Shown here: positions 1 to 8,981 of the stretch, piece after piece
How the letters are laid out: every line of letters begins with the position of its first letter
Numbering within the stretch: position 1 is the stretch's first letter
Source: Promethearchaeum sp.
Lineage (GTDB): Archaea > Asgardarchaeota > Lokiarchaeia > Sigyniarchaeales > Promethearchaeaceae
Length of the DNA: 24,000 nucleotides
Assembly: GCA_030612265.1 (NCBI GenBank)
Contig: JAUWOE010000011.1
Span: 10,606 to 34,605 of the forward strand
Direction: 5' to 3'
Made by a program: the position numbers and the translations under genes
The notes under the pieces: model-generated
Told to the model about the DNA's origin: nothing
The model's database searches: none
The model's input: the letters and a program-made list of their open reading frames with translations, nothing else

Positions 1-519
1 TCCTGCATGTAAATCCCATTGTTTTAATTGGTGACCACCAAGATTGGAAACTGGTTTCAAACCATTGAATTTAGTTATTTCTCGTTCAATAGCGACTCCT
101 ATATCGCGTAAAGGGACTCCAGGTTTGAAAAGAGGAATTGCAGCATAAAGCGCGTCTTTCACAGCTTTAATCAAATTATTAAATTTATCCGAATTTCCTA
201 AATTTATTGTTATTGCAGCGTCTGAAACATATCCATCAACATGCCCACCTAAATCAATTTTTAATAAACCTTCTTTTGGTAAAGTCTTAGAATCATCTAT
301 TATTGGAGAATAATGTGCAGCTTCTACATCTAACGAAATATTAGCTGGAAATGACCATCCATCAGCGCCTTGTTCAATAATATCATTTTCTAAAATTGTA
401 GCAAGATCATATAGATTGGTTCCCGGTCGAGCTATTTTATAAGCTAATTTTAAAGCATGAGCAACTGCTTGTCCAGCTTTAAGATATTTTTCGGTAATTT
501 CAGATTCTAAAGGGGGCAT
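1..519 (-). CDS. map: Type 2 methionine aminopeptidase (archaeal MetAP2), 3' part cut by the window edge
   Basis: Manual reverse translation from ATG at 519: MPPLESEITEKYLKAGQAVAHALKLAYKIARPGTNLYDLATILENDIIEQGADGWSFPANISLDVEAAHYSPIIDDSKTLPKEGLLKIDLGGHVDGYVSDAAITI...SNLGGHQLKQWDLHAG. Matches MetAP2 signatures (PxNxSxxxxAAHYxP, KIDLGxHxDGYxxDxAxT, NLxGHxxxxxxxHxG). Not in the ORF track because it is open at the edge. Confidence 0.93.
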   Translation of the reverse strand, partial: MPPLESEITEKYLKAGQAVAHALKLAYKIARPGTNLYDLATILENDIIEQGADGWSFPANISLDVEAAHYSPIIDDSKTLPKEGLLKIDLGGHVDGYVSDAAITINLGNSDKFNNLIKAVKDALYAAIPLFKPGVPLRDIGVAIEREITKFNGLKPVSNLGGHQLKQWDLHAG

Positions 520-579
520 TTATCTCAATTATTGATAACTTCCCATATGTTTTAATTGTTTTCTGAAATTTGAATAATT

Positions 580-1509
580 GTGGATAAAAAATTATTTTTT
601 TCATATCTTTATTTAATCATAGCAATTTTTTTATGGGCAACTATAGAAATCGCGATGAGTTTAATTCAAGATAACACAACCCCAATACTAATCAATTTTC
701 TTCGGTTTTTTATTGGGGGGATAAGTTTATTGTTTTATAATATTTTAACCAGAAACACTCAAACTTTAAAGAATTTAATTAAAACTTTTCCGAAATCATA
801 TCTTATCGCTTCTTTCTTTGGTTTAACTATAGGTATGACTTTGTTTGCATATGGAACATCAATGACTGAACCCTTTTTGGCGGCAGCCATTATAAGTTCG
901 AATCCCCTTTTAATTTCAACATATATGATCTTATTTAAAGGTGAGAAGCGTTCATTTAAAAAAATTTTCGGGATAATTTTAGGATTCATTGGCATGATTA
1001 TGATTATAACTGATTTTAAATTCAAGGATTTTCTCCAAACGGAATATATGATAGGAAACATATTAGTTTTCATTGGAACCGCGTTATGGTGCGTAGACTT
1101 GATTATTGGAAAGACATTATTAGAAAAAACTAAAGAGAATGAAGACAATTTTAAAGTAACAAGCTTGGATTTCAATATTGTTACCTTCCTTGCATCATCT
1201 CTTTTTATGATTCCACTTCTTACACTTCCGGGAGAATTTACAATATTAATAAATCAAAACTTGAGAACTTGGTTAATATTATTATATCTTGGTATCCTAG
1301 CAACTGGAGTTTCTTATCTTTTATTCTTTAAAGGAATAAGCAAGATGGAAGCTTCAAAAGGGATTAACCTTGTGTATCTGAAACCAATTTTTGCCACAAC
1401 TTTATCGTTTGTTATATTTAAAACTAATCCGAGCTTATTTTTTTATATTGGATGCACAATTGAAGTTCTAGCACTGATAATTATCTCCTACGAAAAATCC
1501 CCAAAGTGA
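580..1509 (+). CDS. EamA-family (DMT superfamily) membrane transporter
   Basis: 309 aa with about 10 hydrophobic segments; N-terminal FLWATIEIAMSLI, NFLRFFIGG, and C-terminal LAILATGVSYLLFFKGI...GINLVYLKPIFATTLSF pattern typical of EamA repeats. Confidence 0.88.
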   Translation: MDKKLFFSYLYLIIAIFLWATIEIAMSLIQDNTTPILINFLRFFIGGISLLFYNILTRNTQTLKNLIKTFPKSYLIASFFGLTIGMTLFAYGTSMTEPFLAAAIISSNPLLISTYMILFKGEKRSFKKIFGIILGFIGMIMIITDFKFKDFLQTEYMIGNILVFIGTALWCVDLIIGKTLLEKTKENEDNFKVTSLDFNIVTFLASSLFMIPLLTLPGEFTILINQNLRTWLILLYLGILATGVSYLLFFKGISKMEASKGINLVYLKPIFATTLSFVIFKTNPSLFFYIGCTIEVLALIIISYEKSPK

Positions 1510-3083
1510 AGTCAATCATGAAAATTTCCCCAATCAAAAAATTTTATAATAAATATTTTCCAAATCACATGATTTACTTCTTAATTTTAGCTATCCTCAT
1601 AAAATTGGGCTTTTTTTTATATGGTATTTATTGTTATAAAATGGGTATTTCAGTTACTTTCAATTCAATTTTTGCTGAATGGGCGAATGAATGGTGGCAT
1701 GTAGAAGGTTTAAGTGATTTTAATGGCGATTATATGATGTTTCGAGATAATTGGTTAAATGAAGAACCACTTTACTCAGAAGCATTTAATGGAAGATACC
1801 TTTATCCACCATTATATTACTATTTAATTAATCTTTTTTCAAAATGGACCATTTTTTCAGCACCAATCGTTATGTTCATCTTTAATATCGCAACGGGATA
1901 TCTTGTCTTTCATCTTTCTAAAAGTCTTGGTGCTAGTGGGAAATTTTCAACTACAATGATGCTACTCACATTATTATCCCCTTTTAATTTACTTTACTCA
2001 GATTATATATGGCAGAACACAGGTGTTTTTACAACTTTTGTAGTTTGGAGCATGTTAGAAATTAGTAAAGAACGTTATGAAACAGGAATGGTATTAATTG
2101 GTATAGCTATTTGCATTAAACAAGTTGCTATTTTTTTCCTACCTGTATTTCTTTTAGGAATTGTGTATAAAGTTAATACTATCTCGGAATATAAAAGTAA
2201 ATCGAGGAATAAATTTGTAGAATATATTAGATCGGTGAATTGGTCTAAACTAATTTATTATACTTCAATACCAATCATAATTTTTATAATTTGTTCAATT
2301 CCCTTCATTTTTACGATTCCAGAAACATATTTTAGGCAGTTATTTGGAGGATTCAATATGAAAGTTGAAGATATTATAGAAACTTTTGATAATGTCGTCA
2401 CAGTCTACAATAGAGATGGATTCTTGGGATATTTTCCAAATTCATCATTAATTGAAGGGGAAGAAATTTATCGAGCAAATCATCGCAGTGCGTTGGATTT
2501 AGCTCTAGCTTGGATTGGATTCCTTTTCAGAATTCCAACTTTCATTACAATTGGATTTTCAATTTTATTCCATTTCAATTTCTTTATGTTATTATTTGTA
2601 ATAATTGTCAATGTAAATTTCTGGAGAATTGCAAAAAAAAAGAAATACTCTACAGATAAAGAATACTACTGGCTGATGTGGTTTTCAGCTTCTCTTAGCT
2701 TTTTTGCTCTTCTAGTATTTTATGATTACGGAATTTACAAATACTACTTTGTTTCATTAACACCGTTTTGGGCAATGTTCGGTTTATCTGGGAAACTAAA
2801 TCATTCAATCTGGAAAAAAAATTATAAGGTTTCTAAATTAAAAGATCAATTTTTTGGAGGAGGAGCGATTATTCACGTTGTATCCCAGTTAATTCTACAG
2901 ATAATTATGATATATTTCAATAAATGGCTTGCACCTGTATTTCTTTTCCTTCCACTTTTCTTATTTTCTTTCGTGAATCATTGGAAAAGGAGTAAATCGG
3001 AAAAAATTTGGAGATTTAGTGAAAAATTTAACTTAAATCCAACAATTTATGTAGATTTACAATCTCTCTGCGTTGAACCTTAA
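1506..3083 (+). CDS. GT-C-like integral membrane glycosyltransferase (mannosyltransferase/dolichyl-P-sugar dependent type)
   Basis: 525 aa, multi-TM; YLYPPLYYYLINLFSKW, LLTLLSPFNLLYSDYIWQNTGVFTTFVVWSM, GIAICIKQVAIFFLPVFLL resemble PIG-M/ALG-type GT-C proteins. GTG start at 1506 overlaps the previous gene; ATG at 1518 is an alternative. Confidence 0.65.
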   Translation: MKSIMKISPIKKFYNKYFPNHMIYFLILAILIKLGFFLYGIYCYKMGISVTFNSIFAEWANEWWHVEGLSDFNGDYMMFRDNWLNEEPLYSEAFNGRYLYPPLYYYLINLFSKWTIFSAPIVMFIFNIATGYLVFHLSKSLGASGKFSTTMMLLTLLSPFNLLYSDYIWQNTGVFTTFVVWSMLEISKERYETGMVLIGIAICIKQVAIFFLPVFLLGIVYKVNTISEYKSKSRNKFVEYIRSVNWSKLIYYTSIPIIIFIICSIPFIFTIPETYFRQLFGGFNMKVEDIIETFDNVVTVYNRDGFLGYFPNSSLIEGEEIYRANHRSALDLALAWIGFLFRIPTFITIGFSILFHFNFFMLLFVIIVNVNFWRIAKKKKYSTDKEYYWLMWFSASLSFFALLVFYDYGIYKYYFVSLTPFWAMFGLSGKLNHSIWKKNYKVSKLKDQFFGGGAIIHVVSQLILQIIMIYFNKWLAPVFLFLPLFLFSFVNHWKRSKSEKIWRFSEKFNLNPTIYVDLQSLCVEP

Positions 3084-4194
3084 TGATTTTTTTTGCTTCA
3101 ACTAAATTAGATTTTAATGATTGCATTTCTTCTAAAATCTCTTTCAATTTTGAATCTAATTCAGGATCTGTTGTGATATTGGAATTGATTCTTAAGGTTT
3201 GGGCAATTTCAAGTTTATTTTTAAGATCGGTTATTTTATCATTTAAGGATTTAATTTCCCTTTCAGTTTTTTGATTTTTATCTCTGGAAACTTCTAATTC
3301 AGCATTAATTTCGGCAATATTAATTCTTAAATCAAATAATTTCTTTGAATCGGAAGAATTTTCTATTTCACCTTCTAATTCCTTTACTTTTTGAATAAGG
3401 TTATTTACTGAGTCTTTCAGTTTTTGGTTTATTTCATTAGCTGTTTCCAATTGTTTTCTCCAAATAAGCGATTTATCTTTCTGAACCTTCAAAGTTTCTT
3501 CTTTTTCTTCTTTTTCATGAGTAAGAGAAACTTTTTCTTCTGTTAATTCCCTAACCTTATCTTTCCAACCCATAAGTTCTTTTCTTAATTTTTCAATTTT
3601 TTCTTCATAACGTATCTCTAACTCGTTTAATCTCTTCTTTATATCCTCTGAATGAGAATCATCAATTGTTTGAGTAGGTGAGTCAATTTTACTTCTAGTT
3701 TCAAATTTGGGAGGAGTAGTTATACTAATTGGTTTGGATTTTCCTAAGTTCTCAATTAAATTTTTAAATTTTTGTCCCAATATTTCATCGAAATCTTGAT
3801 ATTTAGGGTCTTTTGATAAACCTTCACTAATCTCTCCATCGTTTTCTCGAATATAAGCAAGCATTGGGAGGACTTCTTTCGCAACTTTTTTTAAAGGTTC
3901 TTCAAAAAGAGTCGGATTTTCATTGTCCAATATAATACCCAAACATTGATTTGGATACCCGATGAAATTATTATCAATACCTGAAAAAAATGATCCGATT
4001 TGAACGCCTTTAATTTTCAGGTAAATATAGTTAGGATTAGAATTTCGCATTCTATTAAACGAATAAATTTTATTCTGGTCAACTGAGTTAATTTTTAACT
4101 GATCTGAAATTCCACTTGGATATTCTCTGTCAATGAAGGCTCCAGGGACCTTATGGTAACTTAACAAAAATATTCCTTTCATTTCAAAAATCAT
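3028..4194 (-). CDS. Protein with N-terminal alpha/beta (possibly longin-like) domain followed by long coiled coil
   Basis: 388 aa; first ~120 aa globular (GIFLLSYHKVPGAFIDREYP...CLGIILDNENPTLFEEPLKKVAKEVLPML), then ~200 aa of charged heptad-like sequence (KRLNELEIRYEEKIEKLRKELMGWKDKVRELTEEK...). Alternative start MKGIFLL at 4182. Confidence 0.6.
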   Translation of the reverse strand: MIFEMKGIFLLSYHKVPGAFIDREYPSGISDQLKINSVDQNKIYSFNRMRNSNPNYIYLKIKGVQIGSFFSGIDNNFIGYPNQCLGIILDNENPTLFEEPLKKVAKEVLPMLAYIRENDGEISEGLSKDPKYQDFDEILGQKFKNLIENLGKSKPISITTPPKFETRSKIDSPTQTIDDSHSEDIKKRLNELEIRYEEKIEKLRKELMGWKDKVRELTEEKVSLTHEKEEKEETLKVQKDKSLIWRKQLETANEINQKLKDSVNNLIQKVKELEGEIENSSDSKKLFDLRINIAEINAELEVSRDKNQKTEREIKSLNDKITDLKNKLEIAQTLRINSNITTDPELDSKLKEILEEMQSLKSNLVEAKKIIKVQRREIVNLHKLLDLS

Positions 4195-4202
4195 GAGGAT
4201 AA

Positions 4203-5018
4203 ATGCAAAAAAATTTATTAAATTTTCTTCTTATTTACTCAATGGAGGATAGACGGTTTTTTTCTATATTTTTGGGTAATTTTCAAACGAAACAATTAAA
4301 AAAATATATTTTAATAACATTTATGATCATAGTTACGCTTTTATGCATTTCATGGATATTGTATCCTAAAGAGTTAAATTATTCAATTATGACACATACT
4401 ATTTCATATTTAGGTGATTATGAAAAAAATCCAAATGGTTGGATATTCTTTAGCATAGCATTTATTTTCATGTCAATCTTTTTTATTCCTTTGATATTAT
4501 ATATACAAAAACGAATTTTTAAAATTTCACAAGTGGGTTCTTGGATAGGGACTTCTTTTTTATTTGTAGGTGCAGTGTGTGGATTTACAACAGCGTTATT
4601 ACCTGATGTCTACGGAACAAACTTTATAAAAGATCTATCACTTGGAAAAATTCATAATATTGTAGCATTATTTGCAATTTTTGGTTTTATTTTAGGTCTT
4701 TTTGAATATGGAATCCTATTTTTCATAGATTACTGGCCAATTTTTCATCGAAATCGTGAGGGGGTATATGCTTACTTGTCGGTTTTTCCAGTGTTTCTCC
4801 CATTCACTCTTATTGGAATTGGTACTTTGATTACTCAAATAATTCGTGTTAGATTGGGAGGAGAATGGCCAGGTCCAGGTATTTTAAGCTTTCCCTTATG
4901 GGAGTGGATGTTATCTCTAACATTTTTCATAACTATCTATGGCTTAGCCTTAAGATTATCTCAAAAAATCCCGAAGAATATCAATCCGGATTCTGAACAA
5001 TTAAGTAACTTCCAATAA
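4203..5018 (+). CDS. DUF998-like multi-pass membrane protein
   Basis: 271 aa, ~6 TM; NYSIMTHTISYLGDYEKNPNGWIFFSIAFIFMS motif and PLWEW C-terminal motif. Alternative start MEDRRFF at 4242. Confidence 0.6.
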   Translation: MQKNLLNFLLIYSMEDRRFFSIFLGNFQTKQLKKYILITFMIIVTLLCISWILYPKELNYSIMTHTISYLGDYEKNPNGWIFFSIAFIFMSIFFIPLILYIQKRIFKISQVGSWIGTSFLFVGAVCGFTTALLPDVYGTNFIKDLSLGKIHNIVALFAIFGFILGLFEYGILFFIDYWPIFHRNREGVYAYLSVFPVFLPFTLIGIGTLITQIIRVRLGGEWPGPGILSFPLWEWMLSLTFFITIYGLALRLSQKIPKNINPDSEQLSNFQ

Positions 5019-5718
5019 TCCAATAAACGATACCCAGAACCAAAATCCATTCCCACAATGGTAAAGAAAAATTAATCAAAATTATTCTATGGTAATAATA
5101 TAGCCAGAACAAGAAAAATACAAATAAAAACCCTATTAAAGTTCCATAAAACACAATATATAAACCAACAATTTGCCAAATTTTTGGCCAAGGGTCTTTA
5201 TTAATTATTTTTTTGATAAAAATATAGAGATAACAAGAAAATACAGTTGTAAATCCTATAATAGCAATTATTGCATTTGTATAATGAGGAATGGGATTAT
5301 CCTCAGGAAAAAATCCAACTCCAATAACACAAATACATGAAATTATGCTTATAACAAGAGCAGATCTTGAAGTATGATAAGCGGTAGGTCGGAAAATTCT
5401 ATAAATATAAATGAAATAAGGAATAAAAAGTAAACCTGAAAAAATAAGAGCAATTCTGAATAATATAAATCCATTTGGATTTTCTGACTTAATTCCAAGA
5501 CTGCTTACACTTTCTCTAAGCATTAAATGAGGATCATTGTATATAATAGCCGAAATTATTATTAAAATGACTACAACAGAAAAAGTTGAGAAAAATAGGT
5601 ATCCTTGATTTTTCTTTGAACTTCTCCCTTGTAAAATCGATACAAAGAGGGAATTTTTGGTATTGGAATTCATAAAAAAACTTCTTCTCCTCTCTTTTAA
5701 ATTACTATTTATAAGCAT
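4981..5718 (-). CDS. DUF998-like multi-pass membrane protein, paralogous to the 4203..5018 gene
   Basis: 245 aa; LMLRESVSSLGIKSENPNGFILFRIALIFSGL and SLPLWEWILVLGIVYWIIGSYL mirror the same motifs of the convergent neighbour. Confidence 0.6.
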   Translation of the reverse strand: MLINSNLKERRRSFFMNSNTKNSLFVSILQGRSSKKNQGYLFFSTFSVVVILIIISAIIYNDPHLMLRESVSSLGIKSENPNGFILFRIALIFSGLLFIPYFIYIYRIFRPTAYHTSRSALVISIISCICVIGVGFFPEDNPIPHYTNAIIAIIGFTTVFSCYLYIFIKKIINKDPWPKIWQIVGLYIVFYGTLIGFLFVFFLFWLYYYHRIILINFSLPLWEWILVLGIVYWIIGSYLIVQNPD

Positions 5719-7282
5719 TTGTTAGCATAGTTGTTGCATCTTCTGAATTTGCTGCAGGAAAAGAATTTTTGAACATTTCATGAAACATTTGTCTTGTATC
5801 GGGATCAAAATATTTATATCCCATCTGTTTCCATTCAAAGTTCCCAGCGCTCATTAATCCCACATCATCATGTAAATTTAGTATTACTAATGGAATTATT
5901 TTTTCTGGATTAAGTTTGGATTGTGTGACAAGGCAAGATTCATTATTGTATTTACTCCAATCTTCATTAAATTGTAGTAAATGTTGCTTTATATCCATAA
6001 CACCATTATCTATTAGATTTGCTAAAGTTTGAAACATCATATGCTTAACAGATACAGGTTCTTTTGGCATTTTTGGATGATTTTGAGGAAGAATTTTTGA
6101 ATCTTGGATAATAGTTGATACGGGAGTAATATTATTTGAAAATTTAACTTCTCGTCCATATTCGGGAAATAATTTTAGCTGATTTAATCCAAGAATATTA
6201 ATTATATCCTGCAAATTTCCTCCATTTTCAAAAAAGGACGAATACATAATGTTATCAAAGAAAGCTTTTGCGTGCATTTCTTGGAAATATGTATAATCGG
6301 AACCGTACAAGCAAAATTCCGACCATCTCCTTCCTGTTTTCTTTTGAACCCCATTTTGTTCACACCACTCGCTAAATCCTTTGAAGAAACGTTCTACTGT
6401 CTTTCCTTGGCAAAGTGACATATCCATATATGTATTGGGTTGCGCTATTGTATTATAGACTTCAAAATCATCAATGTTCCCTGCAGCAGCGTGAGCAATT
6501 ATAACTTTTAAATTATTCAATAAATGTGGAAATTGTTTTTTTATAATCATACGCGTTTTTGAAACTAATTCGCCAATATCTAAAATGGTTTGCCTACCTC
6601 GAGTATCGAAAATAACAGGCCAATTATATGAAGCTGCTTTGATTAAATTATTGATAGAATTTTGAGAAGTAACTTTGTCTAACCACCCTTCAGAGCGCGG
6701 ATGTAATTTTAGTCCTCTAATATTATTTATTCCATTAGCCCAGTAATCAATTTCATCAAGCGCCTTTTTTCTTTCGTCCGGATGCACTCTTATATACCCA
6801 TTCAATCTTAAACTAACAGGAAATTTGGAAACCTGGCGCGAAATATTTGTATTACTAGCACGATATAATGCTTCTGGTTTTTTATCACGGAATATATCTT
6901 GAAACGGGAACACTACACCTTGATCAATAAGGTTTTGATATTTTATTCGCTCCCAGTAGTCTGTATAACTCCCACTTTTATTCCGTGCTTGTAATTCTTT
7001 GAAAATTCTTTTTATTATGGGCATTTGAACAAATTCTAGTGAAATTTTGGTTGGAACTCTATCAATGACAGTATCATATGTTGGAGATGTTTTTCCATCT
7101 GCCCAGTCTTTTAAAATCAAATGTTCAATTCTGCCCCAAAAATCGAAAGTCCCCTGCCCTGCTTGCATTGGATTCATCATTTCGTGGCCGTCAACGTCTT
7201 TACCCATATGACTGTGGCTGTCGATTACGATAATATTAGTTTCCCTGGTTTTTCCATTCACTACAGTTGTTATTTTCAGCAT
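5705..7282 (-). CDS. Amidohydrolase-like metal-dependent hydrolase (TIM-barrel, amidohydrolase_2 type)
   Basis: 525 aa; N-terminal HxH (VIDSHSHMG), NLKVIIAHAAAGNIDDFEVY, CLYGSDYTYFQEMHAKAFFDNI resemble the metal-ligand strands of the amidohydrolase_2 family. Start ATG at 7282. Confidence 0.72.
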   Translation of the reverse strand: MLKITTVVNGKTRETNIIVIDSHSHMGKDVDGHEMMNPMQAGQGTFDFWGRIEHLILKDWADGKTSPTYDTVIDRVPTKISLEFVQMPIIKRIFKELQARNKSGSYTDYWERIKYQNLIDQGVVFPFQDIFRDKKPEALYRASNTNISRQVSKFPVSLRLNGYIRVHPDERKKALDEIDYWANGINNIRGLKLHPRSEGWLDKVTSQNSINNLIKAASYNWPVIFDTRGRQTILDIGELVSKTRMIIKKQFPHLLNNLKVIIAHAAAGNIDDFEVYNTIAQPNTYMDMSLCQGKTVERFFKGFSEWCEQNGVQKKTGRRWSEFCLYGSDYTYFQEMHAKAFFDNIMYSSFFENGGNLQDIINILGLNQLKLFPEYGREVKFSNNITPVSTIIQDSKILPQNHPKMPKEPVSVKHMMFQTLANLIDNGVMDIKQHLLQFNEDWSKYNNESCLVTQSKLNPEKIIPLVILNLHDDVGLMSAGNFEWKQMGYKYFDPDTRQMFHEMFKNSFPAANSEDATTMLTNAYK

Positions 7283-7306
7283 TATTTTCGATTTCCTAGT
7301 ATTATT

Positions 7307-8968
7307 TTATAACATATAATCAGGCAGAGTTAAGGTTCCGGTCAAAGGTTGTTGTATTGGATCCTGTGAATACGTTATTGTAAAGTATTTAATATCTTCA
7401 AATATATTCGGTTCTTGCCCCTGTTTAACTTTCCAGTCATATAATGAAAGCTGATATTCTGCTTCGGTCATGGGAGGGGATGCGTAAGTAATCTCACCAA
7501 AAACTGATTGCAATAAAGGTTTGAAGAAAGGACTGTATAAATATCCGAGTTCGATAAGCTCATCCTTGAAATAACGAAACATTTGCTCAACTGCTTGAAA
7601 CATGAACCTATGCGGTTTATCTACCGGTCCTAAATAACATTCAGAAAAAAATCCCGTAGTGTCGTATTGATCAACATAACTTCTATCCAAATTTTTACCA
7701 TTGAACAATCCAATAAGTCCACGCTCAATGGCCATTTTCCTATTAAGACAAATAGTGTCAGAATTCACATCAGGAACGTATTTCCCTTCGGATAATATTT
7801 TCCGTGCTTTATAATACATCGTTTCAATTAACATGGCAATTCCAATTCTACGGCATATTGATATTTGAGCATCGCAGATTCTTAATTCAATTGTTCCATA
7901 TTTTGTAAATGGAAAAACATCTTGAAATCTTGCATCATAAAGTGAAGCATAACCAGTGGTAGCTAATAAGAACTGTTGATCTGCTTCTATTCCATTTACA
8001 CCTGATAAATATGGAAGATATTTCTTTGGATCAGTTGAATCAGAAAGCATAGTGGTGTTATTAAGTAATCTAATAGATCTTATACATTTTGGTGCTGTAT
8101 AACGGGGTTTTCCATCAACAATTTTAGATTTTATCACATCTGTGGGTTTTGAATTTAAGATTGGACTGTTTACGCTAAGTGCTATAATATGAGGAATAAA
8201 ATTTCGAACCATGGAATAACATTGGACTTTTTCCTGGTCAGAACTAAATGAACCACAATGATGATGATCTGAATGTGAAAGACCTCGAATATATTCCTTC
8301 ATTGTAGGGTTCATTGCAGTAGACATAATAGAATATCCACGAGGAAGCGTCGCTTTAGCAACATTGAATAGAGTGCCTGCCCAATACGCCAATTCTTCCG
8401 CATATTGACATGGAGGGGTTACTAATTCCAAAATAAATGTAGCCATGGTAACATTCCCATCACGACCGAACATATCAACGGGTACAATTTGATTTGCGTA
8501 TGTGTTTTCAATTTGGTAATCAATACAGCATAAAAAGCCTTTTTCTACATCAGTACGATTATACGGCATTTTACGGATCTTATTACGGATGTATTCGGGC
8601 ATATAAGGAAAGTCGTCCCGTTCGTAATTAATTAGCTGTTTAAAGATTCGGGTAGCATCATTCACCATTTCCTTCATAGTGTGGGTCATATCATCACCCT
8701 CGAGATATGTACCATCTTTGGTATGTGCTACGACTAATTCCATCTCCATACCGTGCGAAAAAGGCAGATAGCGCCAATTTGGAAGATCATTTAAGATTTC
8801 TGTCCAATCCCTTGAGTCTACGGCGGTTTTGGTAGCGGTACTTGTGAATACAGGTGAACTAGTTTGACTTTGTTGCGAATTAGATTTGGAGCCAGAAAAC
8901 ATTCCGAATGCGTTTGGTAGAGCTTCTCCGGTTTTTTTCTTCTTTCTTGCCATTTTGATGTGATCCAT
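7307..8968 (-). CDS. GCS2-like carboxylate-amine ligase (glutamate-cysteine ligase fold amidoligase)
   Basis: 553 aa; HGMEMELVV, ELVTPPCQYAEELAYWAGTLF, SHSDHHHCGSF, HIIALSVNSPILNSKPTD, YGTIELRICDAQIS match the order and character of GCS2 (YbdK/GshA-like) motifs. Basic N-terminal tail (MARKKKKTG); the internal start at 8953 is equally plausible. Confidence 0.8.
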   Translation of the reverse strand: MDHIKMARKKKKTGEALPNAFGMFSGSKSNSQQSQTSSPVFTSTATKTAVDSRDWTEILNDLPNWRYLPFSHGMEMELVVAHTKDGTYLEGDDMTHTMKEMVNDATRIFKQLINYERDDFPYMPEYIRNKIRKMPYNRTDVEKGFLCCIDYQIENTYANQIVPVDMFGRDGNVTMATFILELVTPPCQYAEELAYWAGTLFNVAKATLPRGYSIMSTAMNPTMKEYIRGLSHSDHHHCGSFSSDQEKVQCYSMVRNFIPHIIALSVNSPILNSKPTDVIKSKIVDGKPRYTAPKCIRSIRLLNNTTMLSDSTDPKKYLPYLSGVNGIEADQQFLLATTGYASLYDARFQDVFPFTKYGTIELRICDAQISICRRIGIAMLIETMYYKARKILSEGKYVPDVNSDTICLNRKMAIERGLIGLFNGKNLDRSYVDQYDTTGFFSECYLGPVDKPHRFMFQAVEQMFRYFKDELIELGYLYSPFFKPLLQSVFGEITYASPPMTEAEYQLSLYDWKVKQGQEPNIFEDIKYFTITYSQDPIQQPLTGTLTLPDYML

Positions 8969-8981
8969 TTTATTATTGATG

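Noticed and set aside
759-1175. 138-aa minus-strand ORF inside the EamA transporter gene
   Set aside because: Shadow ORF of a strong membrane-protein coding frame, no recognisable domain.
3083-3274. 63-aa plus-strand ORF over the coiled-coil gene 3' end
   Set aside because: Antisense to a credible coding region; no family features.
7121-7312. 63-aa plus-strand ORF over the amidohydrolase N-terminus
   Set aside because: Antisense to conserved HxH-containing sequence; spurious.
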